This document shows, in pieces, positions 1-7,914 of a stretch of DNA of 58,603 nucleotides (the first letter of the stretch is position 1; every line of letters begins with the position of its first letter). The stretch is taken from the NCBI GenBank assembly GCA_964518785.1, contig CAZFHT010000001.1:22673-81275 (forward strand), read 5' to 3'. The notes beneath the pieces are model-generated. The model was not told the DNA's origin, ran no database searches, and saw nothing but the letters and a program-made list of their open reading frames with translations. This DNA is from an uncultured Eubacterium sp. (GTDB lineage: Bacteria > Bacillota > Clostridia > Lachnospirales > Lachnospiraceae). Both the position numbers and the translations under genes were made by a program.

Positions 1-340
1 CCGGAGGAGGCGTTGGAATGCTGCCTGCCGGAGGCTGTGGTATCGGTGACGGAGTCGGAATACTTGCCGCCGGCTGCGGCTGTACGATTGGCTGCGGTGT
101 TGCCACCGGAGGAGGTGTTGGAATACTTGCTGCCGGCTGCGGTGACGGTGACACCGCTTCATTATTGAGCGGCTGGGTTACTTCCGAAAGCGGCATGGTA
201 GGTGCCACATCATTGGAAAGGTCTTCGGTAAATGCCATAGTAATCCCATCTTCTCCACCTGCTCCACTGCTGCAATGCGGGCATGTCGCATATTTTTCCT
301 TGTCGTAAAAATGTCCTTGACTACATCTGCTTAAATTCAT
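1..340 (-). CDS. N-terminal part of a Cys/His zinc-knuckle + Pro-rich protein, probably FHA-domain (runs off window edge)
   Basis: Not in ORF track. Hand translation from ATG at 340 (AGGAG RBS upstream): MNLSRCSQGHFYDKEKYATCPHC...PQPAASIPTPPP, open to position 1. Same CxxGHxYD-x6-CPHC N-terminus as 2954..3628. Confidence 0.75.
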   Translation of the reverse strand, partial: MNLSRCSQGHFYDKEKYATCPHCSSGAGGEDGITMAFTEDLSNDVAPTMPLSEVTQPLNNEAVSPSPQPAASIPTPPPVATPQPIVQPQPAASIPTPSPIPQPPAGSIPTPPP

Positions 341-344
341 AATT

Positions 345-1202
345 CTATCTCTCCTTTATATTGATATTATTGTATTGTAAAATGGCAACGGATGTGTTGT
401 CTTGGGAATGGGTATTCTCCCGAATCGCTGCCAGCACAAGAGTACTTGCTTTTTCCTGTATCGAACTGGTATCACTCATCATGATTGCTTTAATTCTGTC
501 ATCACTGAGGGTTTTGGGAATTCCGTCACTGCACAAAAGCACCGTATCCCCGATTTGCAACTGAAAAGGCTGGACATTAATATCCATCAGACTGACATTG
601 CCAATTCCTAGGAAACTAATCAACGCCTCTTTTTGCTTTTGTGCCTGTGCCTGCTCCAGCGTCATCTGACCGCTTGCCACCATCTCCTGAAGACGAAGGA
701 GATAATTGTGGTCTCTGGTGACCTGTTTCATCTCATTTCCCCGAAGGATGTAGATACGGCTGTCACCGACTGACGCCCAGTACAGTTTTTCATCCTCTGC
801 AATCACGGCTACCATCGTAGTCCCGGAACCTCTTCCATTTTCCTTTGGCAGTCCTGCCACTACGCGGTCAATGGCTACAATTCCGTTTCGGAAAAACTCC
901 GGAATATTTACACTTGGAATTTTCTCAATCTTTTCAAATCCCTGCGACAGCATTTGAATTGCCGTTCTGCTGGCAAGTCCGCCGTCCGCCATTCCACCCA
1001 TTCCGTCACAGACAACCGCCATAACCCTTGAAACCTTGTTGGCGGCAAGCCGCTTAGACGGCGTGACATAAACAGCGTCCTGCTGGTATTTCCGGTTTCC
1101 CATATGGCTGTACATCAAAGTGGTAAGCTCCGGAACCATCTGCACTTTCTTTTTTACCTCTGGCTGAGCCGGAATTTCTGTTTTTTTCTTTTTTCCAAAC
1201 AT
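345..1202 (-). CDS. PP2C/PPM-family Ser/Thr protein phosphatase
   Basis: Motifs RKYQQD, VCDGMGG, GTT, VGDSRIY, TRDH, CSDG, DNTS. Confidence 0.93.
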   Translation of the reverse strand: MFGKKKKTEIPAQPEVKKKVQMVPELTTLMYSHMGNRKYQQDAVYVTPSKRLAANKVSRVMAVVCDGMGGMADGGLASRTAIQMLSQGFEKIEKIPSVNIPEFFRNGIVAIDRVVAGLPKENGRGSGTTMVAVIAEDEKLYWASVGDSRIYILRGNEMKQVTRDHNYLLRLQEMVASGQMTLEQAQAQKQKEALISFLGIGNVSLMDINVQPFQLQIGDTVLLCSDGIPKTLSDDRIKAIMMSDTSSIQEKASTLVLAAIRENTHSQDNTSVAILQYNNINIKER

Positions 1203-1205
1203 CTC

Positions 1206-2969
1206 TTAAACCTCCCCGGCAGTTTCATTATTCTGCTCGGTATCCGAAGATTCCGTCAATGTCTGAAAGACGAAACGTTCTCTCCCGGCAGTTATCACAT
1301 CATTGTTTAAAAGCATCCGTCTGGCATTTAAGCGGACACCGTTTACAAAAGTGCCATTGGTCGTCTCCAAATCTTCAATATAACAAGCCACCTTTGTAAC
1401 TTCTATGGCAAAATGCTGTCTTGAAAGCCGGTCATCATCAAAGAAAATGTTGCACATATCGGAACGCCCGATAAAGATACTTCCCTCTACGTTCCACTCC
1501 ACTTCCTTTACCTGTCCGGCACGGTCTGTTATCGTCAGTTTTATCAGCTTGGAATCCGGTGTTATCACATCCTCCGGATTTCCTCCCTCGTGAATAATAA
1601 CCGGTTTGCGGTGCTTTATCACAAAAATAACGATGATTCCGATAATGATAATCACAAGGATTACAAGAATCCACCAGTAATTTTTCACCGTATTTCTTAT
1701 CTTTGCTTTTACCGGACTCTGCCCCTCAATAGAAAATACTTTCGTTTCTGTCATTACGTTTTTCTCTTGGGAATCGTCCGTAATATTGTTTGTCGAAAGA
1801 TAATAATCTCCGGTGTACAAATCCTCCTCAAAGGTAAGCTCCACTTCATTGGTGTTTTCATTGTAATTCACTGCTTTTACTGTCCACACCTTGGCGTCTT
1901 CGTCCGGGGTGTCCTTCCCCTTTGCAAGACTTTTTACGATATAGTTTTCCTTTTCCCCGGCACCCGCTACCGCACCCTCATTATCACCAATGGAGAACCG
2001 GATGGCATTATCTCCGGTCTTTGTAATATCTCCGGCAAAATAGGGCGGTTCGTTATCTTCCGTGTTTCTGGAATAATCAATGTTTCCTTCCAGTGCATTT
2101 TCCACGGTAGATATTTTGATTTTGGAAATACCATCTAATTTTTTGTTTGTTGCCGCCTTGAATTTCACAACATATGTTTCTTTTTGAATCATTTTCTTGA
2201 TTGAGCGAAAAGCGTTTTTTACGTCTTTCACACTGCTACATTTCTCATAATCCCCTCTGGAATTCGCAAGAATCTGATTCTCTGTCGCTTTCATTTTTTC
2301 CTTGTTCTTCTTGGACAATGTATTTTTCAGTAACACGCCGTAAATCGGTATTGACGCATTTTTCGTATTCTCCACCGTATTGGAAATGTTGTTGTCTTTT
2401 CCCTCGGAATCGTCCTCCCCATCCGTAACAAGCAAAACAACGGTACGCATGGAAACGGACGCCTGCTCGGCTATAATTTCATTTAGGGAACGGTAAAGCA
2501 CAGTATACTTTGCTCCGTTCTTTATCGCAGAGACGGATGATACTTTTTTCTTGGAACCGCTTTTTGATTTCGTCCCTACCGTGTAAATGGTCAGGCGGTC
2601 ATTCTCTCCCAGTTCTTTTTTCAGTGTGTTCAGCTCTTTTTTTGCCTGTTCCAACTGTTTTTTATCCACCGAACCGGAATTGTCCACAAGAACGATATAG
2701 TGTATCCCCTCTCCGCTTTTGGCAAAACTACTGATTTCCGTCTGAGAAAGAGGAATCTCATTCCCATCATTAGAAATCGTGGCGTCAAAAGACAAGTCGT
2801 CCCATTTTCCACTATAAGTACCACCAATGTAGGCAGTGACATCAGGCGCCGTTGCAGATGTCTGTTCCAAAACGAATTTTTTTCTGGCTGCCTCTCCCTC
2901 AATGTCCGTCAACAGAGTAAGCAGACAAAGACTGCAAATGATGCAACAATATTTTATGATTTTTCCCAT
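1206..2969 (-). CDS. Membrane protein: signal peptide, vWA domain, Ig-like region, TM helix, cytoplasmic FHA domain
   Basis: MIDAS DNSGS...TDGED; hydrophobic WWILVILVIIIIGIIVIFVI; FHA motifs IGRS, SRQH, TNGT. Confidence 0.88.
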   Translation of the reverse strand: MGKIIKYCCIICSLCLLTLLTDIEGEAARKKFVLEQTSATAPDVTAYIGGTYSGKWDDLSFDATISNDGNEIPLSQTEISSFAKSGEGIHYIVLVDNSGSVDKKQLEQAKKELNTLKKELGENDRLTIYTVGTKSKSGSKKKVSSVSAIKNGAKYTVLYRSLNEIIAEQASVSMRTVVLLVTDGEDDSEGKDNNISNTVENTKNASIPIYGVLLKNTLSKKNKEKMKATENQILANSRGDYEKCSSVKDVKNAFRSIKKMIQKETYVVKFKAATNKKLDGISKIKISTVENALEGNIDYSRNTEDNEPPYFAGDITKTGDNAIRFSIGDNEGAVAGAGEKENYIVKSLAKGKDTPDEDAKVWTVKAVNYNENTNEVELTFEEDLYTGDYYLSTNNITDDSQEKNVMTETKVFSIEGQSPVKAKIRNTVKNYWWILVILVIIIIGIIVIFVIKHRKPVIIHEGGNPEDVITPDSKLIKLTITDRAGQVKEVEWNVEGSIFIGRSDMCNIFFDDDRLSRQHFAIEVTKVACYIEDLETTNGTFVNGVRLNARRMLLNNDVITAGRERFVFQTLTESSDTEQNNETAGEV

Positions 2970-3628
2970 TTTCTTTCCTCCTTGCAGTATGGTATAAATG
3001 CGAGGTCCGTATCTCCCAGACTTAAAATGTCACCTTCTTGTATTTCCACTACATTCTCCACCAGTTTTTTGTTGAGATAAACCACATTTCCCTGCTCGGG
3101 ATTTACGTAAAATTTATTTCCTTTCGGGTCATAGGTAATGGAACAATGCTTATCCCGGGACACCTTTTTATCTTCTGTGAGGACTACATCCATGTTAATG
3201 CTCCTCCCGATAAAGTTCTTCCCGGTATGAAGGCGAAAATCTTTTCCTGTCTCCTCCCCATTTAATCCGACCAGCCACCCGGTAACTGCCGGAATTCTCG
3301 ACACGCCGAAATCCCAAAATGAAATCGTCTTATCATCATCCTCACTCAGCGTATCAGAGGAGATAATTCCAAAATCGAACGTATTCAAATCCAGATTCGG
3401 CGACACATCTGACGTCTTGGAATCTCCCGAGACAGAAGTTCCACCTGCCATCTGGCTCAACTGACTGTCCAGCGTCAAGTCCATCATGGATACCGTCCGG
3501 TCATCCTCATCCTCTTCCAAAGACAGTTTTAGTTTTTCACTGTCCTTCTTGCAATGAGGACATTCATTAAATAGGTTTGGGTCATACCAATGTCCGCTTT
3601 TACACTTTTTTACCATTTCTTCCTCCAT
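2954..3628 (-). CDS. Zinc-knuckle + FHA domain protein
   Basis: N-terminal CKSGHWYDPNLFNECPHC; acidic linker; GWLV...FIGRS...VSRDKH FHA motifs. Confidence 0.88.
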   Translation of the reverse strand: MEEEMVKKCKSGHWYDPNLFNECPHCKKDSEKLKLSLEEDEDDRTVSMMDLTLDSQLSQMAGGTSVSGDSKTSDVSPNLDLNTFDFGIISSDTLSEDDDKTISFWDFGVSRIPAVTGWLVGLNGEETGKDFRLHTGKNFIGRSINMDVVLTEDKKVSRDKHCSITYDPKGNKFYVNPEQGNVVYLNKKLVENVVEIQEGDILSLGDTDLAFIPYCKEERKWEKS

Positions 3629-3632
3629 CTAC

Positions 3633-4385
3633 TCAACGGATAAATACTGCAAGGGCAGTATAGTTATCCATATTGGTTCCTTTTCCATTCCGGACTACAA
3701 TTTCTTCCATCTTTTCCAGCCATTCTTTTGGCTCCCGTGACTGTTTCAATGTCTTTTGCATTTCTTTTTCTGTAATCAGCTCCCAAAATCCGTCACTGCA
3801 CAGCAGAAAACTTTCGTTTTTTCCTAACTCAATTTCTTCTGAACACTCGTACTGCGGCTGATTCCAGACAATTCCCATCACTTTCAAAAGTTTACTTCGG
3901 TCCTCATGATGACGGATGTCCTTCTCTCGAATCTGTCCACTCATATAGAGCATTTGAGGAACGCTGTGGTCCTTTGTCCTCGCTTTGTATTTATTTTTGT
4001 GAAACCAATAAATTCGTGAATCCCCTACGTGCCACATTTTTGCTGTCCCATCCTCAATCTCGAGACAGGTCAGCGTAGTTTTCATGGAATTCTCCGCTTT
4101 CTTCTGTGCCTGCTCCTGAAGGAGTGCCTGCTGCGCACCCATAATATACTCGGATGTAGGGATACTCCCATCAAACTCCAGTGCTGCCTTGATGTAATCA
4201 ACGACAAACCGGGAGGCATAATCTCCACTTCCATGCCCCCCAAGTCCGTCAGCTACAAGAAACAACTCCCTGGATTGATTTTTACCGTATGCAACGGAAT
4301 CTTCATTTATTTTTCTCTCACCCACATTCGTTATGTACGCATAACTGCTTTGCATGATGTTTCCTCCTGGTCTTTTCTCACCCAT
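3633..4385 (-). CDS. PP2C/PPM-family Ser/Thr protein phosphatase (start may be 4355)
   Basis: RKINED, VADGLGGH, VGDSRIY, TKDH, CSDG, DNYT. Confidence 0.92.
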   Translation of the reverse strand: MGEKRPGGNIMQSSYAYITNVGERKINEDSVAYGKNQSRELFLVADGLGGHGSGDYASRFVVDYIKAALEFDGSIPTSEYIMGAQQALLQEQAQKKAENSMKTTLTCLEIEDGTAKMWHVGDSRIYWFHKNKYKARTKDHSVPQMLYMSGQIREKDIRHHEDRSKLLKVMGIVWNQPQYECSEEIELGKNESFLLCSDGFWELITEKEMQKTLKQSREPKEWLEKMEEIVVRNGKGTNMDNYTALAVFIR

Positions 4386-4390
4386 CAGTC

Positions 4391-4591
4391 TTAATGGAAT
4401 CGGTATTTCTTTGACTTGGATGTACTTCCCTCATAGTTTACACCATGATAAGTAAGAATCAGTTTCACGTAGAAGAACCGAACCTTTGAACCCGAACCAT
4501 ATTTTGACTTATATAATGATACCGTCTTCTTGCGTTTTGCTGTATCTGCTAAAGAATACAATGTCTTGCTGCCCGGATAACGATAGTACAC
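4391..4591 (-). pseudogene. Small basic ORF, likely a remnant of an FN3-like C-terminal surface-protein domain
   Basis: Frame stays open upstream of the GTG (KGVTKYRVYYRYPGSK...FYVK...YEG), resembling the Lys/Tyr-rich beta-sandwich tail of 9236..12322; no well-placed in-frame RBS/start. Confidence 0.35.
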
Positions 4592-4683
4592 CCGGTACTT
4601 CGTAACACCTTTCCTCCTTGCTTTTAATTCTTTATTTATAACAACTTCACATAAAATGAAACTGTTATCTAAAATGATATCAG

Positions 4684-5571
4684 TTACATCAGGCTCAGTA
4701 CTTCCCGTCCATCACTGAAAAGCAGACTGGTACCCGGTTCCACCATAACCCTCTGTGACGGTCCCACTATCTGGTTGTTGGAAAGCTGGACGCCATTCTG
4801 GGAATAACACTCTACAATATATTTTCCCAAACCAGAGTCGTACTGTACTCCACAGTGTTTTCTGCTTACCCTGTTATCCTCGATAATCAGATGACTCATT
4901 TGAGGGTCTCTTCCGATTATGATTGTGTCGCCATCTTTCACTTCGACCTCTGCACCGGATAAACCTCCGGCAACTCCGCATATTTTACCTAATGACTGTG
5001 TTCCAGACACGACTGGAGCCTGCGGCTGTGGTGCCGGTTGCGGTGCCGGCTGTACTGGCTGTGGTGTCGGCTGTATCGGTTGCGGTGCCATTGGCTGACC
5101 TGCCGCCCCATATGGAGGCTGGTTATTGTACTGTGAGTTGTATCCCTGCTGACCACCGGACTGTCTTGACAAATATTGTGTCGCCAGTGCATTTGTGTTC
5201 TTAATGATAATATTCATTGCAACAAAAGGTCCGATTCCACACAATGCCGACCCGAACAACTGCCACAGCAAAACGGAAGTTCCATTTTCTGCAAAAATCA
5301 ATCCATACCGCTGTGCATTTTTCCACAAACGATTTCCCAGTTTGTAATACCAAACCCAACTATAGATTCCGCAAGTACACAGACTCAGCAATATTAATTT
5401 TAACAACCCATCTGTATGCTCTCCATCTCCCTCACAGATTACATTTACATCTGCTGCTAATTTGTAGATGAAATACCAACTGTAAAATCCACACGTAACC
5501 AGTGTCAATAACACATATTTCATCAACCCCCTATTATTGTCCACTTGTACCATCTCACTGTCTCCTTTCAC
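4684..5571 (-). CDS. DUF4234-like membrane domain + Gln/Pro linker + FHA domain (start probably 5553)
   Basis: Duplicated LxLxTCGxYSWxxxYK membrane motif; QP-rich linker; IIGRD, VSRKH, SQNG FHA motifs. Confidence 0.82.
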   Translation of the reverse strand: MKGDSEMVQVDNNRGLMKYVLLTLVTCGFYSWYFIYKLAADVNVICEGDGEHTDGLLKLILLSLCTCGIYSWVWYYKLGNRLWKNAQRYGLIFAENGTSVLLWQLFGSALCGIGPFVAMNIIIKNTNALATQYLSRQSGGQQGYNSQYNNQPPYGAAGQPMAPQPIQPTPQPVQPAPQPAPQPQAPVVSGTQSLGKICGVAGGLSGAEVEVKDGDTIIIGRDPQMSHLIIEDNRVSRKHCGVQYDSGLGKYIVECYSQNGVQLSNNQIVGPSQRVMVEPGTSLLFSDGREVLSLM

Positions 5572-5971
5572 ATATCCATATAATTATTTTATATATCAGT
5601 CCGTTCTCAATATCCATCTTTACGATTTCATCTGACGGAGCTAATAATCGAACCAGATACACTATTGCAAAAACTGCAATAACACTTCCAAACAATACGT
5701 TTTTCTTTCTCGTTTCCATATTTTTATGAAAGACAATAAACACAGCCAAAAACGGAATGCCCACACACAACGGATGATAGTATAGTGCCGTTTTCCACTT
5801 GAATGTCACCATGCTGACACACGCCCGTGTCATCCCACATCCCAGACACGGAATCCCGGTTATGTATAAAAAAGGACATCCGATTCCGGTAATCGTCATC
5901 ACCAGAATATAAATTCCAACTATCCCGAGTAGTTTCATCGCCTCTGTGTATTTATGTATTTGCTCCTGCAT
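5555..5971 (-). CDS. DUF2752-like membrane protein
   Basis: CPFLYITGIPCLGCGMTRA...YHPL motif; ATG at 5971 follows GAGGT. Confidence 0.8.
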   Translation of the reverse strand: MQEQIHKYTEAMKLLGIVGIYILVMTITGIGCPFLYITGIPCLGCGMTRACVSMVTFKWKTALYYHPLCVGIPFLAVFIVFHKNMETRKKNVLFGSVIAVFAIVYLVRLLAPSDEIVKMDIENGLIYKIIIWICERRQ

Positions 5972-6147
5972 ACTATACCTCAAATAAAACTTTGCCCATT
6001 TGTTCTGTCTGCTTTTTTGTCCTCATACAAAACTCCTCCTCATTGTCAAAAACTATTTCTCACTTTCTTTATTATATTTTTATATTTCCTCCCCATTATA
6101 CTCCATACCCCCTCTTATCCATTTTCCTAATTTTGCAAAATTCGCCA

Positions 6148-6196
6148 AAAAAACCTAAAAATCAGACTATTTTCGTGTCTGATTTTTAGGTTTTTT
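6148..6196. terminator. Perfect 20-bp inverted repeat, probable bidirectional intrinsic terminator
   Basis: AAAAAACCTAAAAATCAGAC-N9-GTCTGATTTTTAGGTTTTTT. Confidence 0.7.
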
Positions 6197-6360
6197 CATA
6201 AAATATTTTCTAAAAATATTCCATTTTTCGCTATTTTTCTCATATTTTGCAATAATAATTTCTTTTAAAATTATTTTATTTTTTGTATTTTTCCATTTTC
6301 AGCAAATTACACCATCTCACTCTTTTCCCTTTTCTTATTTTTTCACTTTTCGTAACAAAT

Positions 6361-6380
6361 AAAAAAAGCAGGTTCCCTGC
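6361..6380 (-). terminator. Small intrinsic terminator after the kinase
   Basis: Minus strand GCAGG-GAA-CCTGC-TTTTTTT. Confidence 0.5.
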
Positions 6381-6450
6381 CTGCCCTATGTCGTTCTGCG
6401 TTTTGTTTTTCCTTGTCACGAAAACTAAATTTCCCTCGGTAAAATAACAC

Positions 6451-7914
6451 TCACCACGGCAGCTCCCCGGCAAACTCTTCCTCCTCATTTTCCTCAGTTT
6501 TCTCCGTCTCCCTAGACGGTTTTGGCGTTGCCGTTGCTATTGGTGTGGGGGTTGGTGTCGGCTTTTTTCCTTTACTGATCGTCAGAACGACCGTACATTT
6601 TTCATCAAGCCGAATTTTTTTACCCGCCGAAATACTCTGGTGCGTCACCAGCCCTTTTTTATACTTGGAGCTATATGCCCACTTAATACGGATAGACATT
6701 TTCCCGATATTCAGTTTTTTCAATTTCTCTTTCGCTGTGGCTTTTTTCACTCCCACGACATTTATCATTTTGCACACGGACTCCGTCACTGCTGATTCCG
6801 ATGCTGTTGATTCATTCACCGCTGATTCCGTCACTGACGATTTATCTACCGACGATTCCGTCACCGTCATCCCACTGAAATCTTCTTGTGCTGCCGAATT
6901 GACACCAGCCATGTCAACGGCAGAGCCAACTCCTTTGCCCTGATGGTGCCAGCCGCAATAACCGGCTGTTCCCACCAGAAAACCAACGACAAGAAGGAGG
7001 GGAATTACTACATGATAATTTACATGACGTTCCTCTCCATACAAATCCTGACACATTTTTTCCACAGATGAGTAGCGTTTCCGCCCCTCAACTGCCATGC
7101 CCTTCATAATGCACCGTTTCTTTCCGGCGTCTAATTTGATTTCCCGAAACTTGCCAAGAGGAACTACAGTGTCCCGAATGAGCCGTCGTATGGACTCCTC
7201 CGGGCGAATTCCCGTCAGCATAAAATACATCGTGGCACTAACGCCATAGACATCCGTGTATGCTCCCTTTTCTGATTTCTCGACATACTGCTCCTCTGCC
7301 GAGTAACCTCTCTTAAAGAACACCGTCATTGTCTTATTTTCCTGAGAATCCGAAAAACGTGCCGCACCAAAATCAATCAACATTCCCTTGCCATTCTCCG
7401 TCAGGATAATGTTGTCCGGCGATATGTCCCGATGAATCAGTCCATTTTTATGCAACTCGCTGAGAGAGTCCAGAATCGGACGCATAAGCTCCAAAACCTC
7501 CTGCGGATTCATGCCTCCCTGTCTTTCCACATATTGTTTTACACTCTCTCCCTCCACATATTCCATCACCATGTAAGCAGTTTCATTGGCGTAAAAGAAA
7601 TCCTTCACCATGACAATGCTGTCCATGGATTCAAATTGCGTCTGGATACGTGCCTCTTCTATAAATTTCTTCAAGCCGCTGCGATACAGCTCCTCCCACT
7701 GACCTTTGTATACTTTTATCTCTGTCTCACCATAACTTCTCATGGCAAATTTCCGAGGAAAATATTCCTTGACGGAAACTTTCGTCTGGAGAATAGTGTC
7801 GAATCCCAAATAGACGATACCCATACCGCCTTCGTCCACCACATCTTCAATTCGATATCTCTTTGCCAGAACTTCCCCTTTCGGCAGCCAGTATCCCTTA
7901 TATTCCTGATTCAC
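6451..7914 (-). CDS. Hanks-type Ser/Thr protein kinase with TM helix, Ser/Thr-rich linker and one PASTA domain
   Basis: EGGMGIVY, VKE, HRDISPDN, DFG, YSAEEQ, TDVYG; TM; PASTA-like MINVVG...YSSKYKKGLVTHQS...ISKG; GTG start overlaps upstream TGA. Confidence 0.92.
   Translation of the reverse strand: MNQEYKGYWLPKGEVLAKRYRIEDVVDEGGMGIVYLGFDTILQTKVSVKEYFPRKFAMRSYGETEIKVYKGQWEELYRSGLKKFIEEARIQTQFESMDSIVMVKDFFYANETAYMVMEYVEGESVKQYVERQGGMNPQEVLELMRPILDSLSELHKNGLIHRDISPDNIILTENGKGMLIDFGAARFSDSQENKTMTVFFKRGYSAEEQYVEKSEKGAYTDVYGVSATMYFMLTGIRPEESIRRLIRDTVVPLGKFREIKLDAGKKRCIMKGMAVEGRKRYSSVEKMCQDLYGEERHVNYHVVIPLLLVVGFLVGTAGYCGWHHQGKGVGSAVDMAGVNSAAQEDFSGMTVTESSVDKSSVTESAVNESTASESAVTESVCKMINVVGVKKATAKEKLKKLNIGKMSIRIKWAYSSKYKKGLVTHQSISAGKKIRLDEKCTVVLTISKGKKPTPTPTPIATATPKPSRETEKTEENEEEEFAGELPW

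Noticed and set aside
18-308. Plus-strand 96-aa Gly-rich ORF
   Set aside because: Shadow of the Pro-rich minus-strand gene starting at 340
345-7914. TerY-P (vWA-PP2C-kinase) anti-phage triad
   Set aside because: Shares domain types, but the vWA is exported and fused to TM-FHA, the kinase has PASTA, and the gene order differs; cannot be equated
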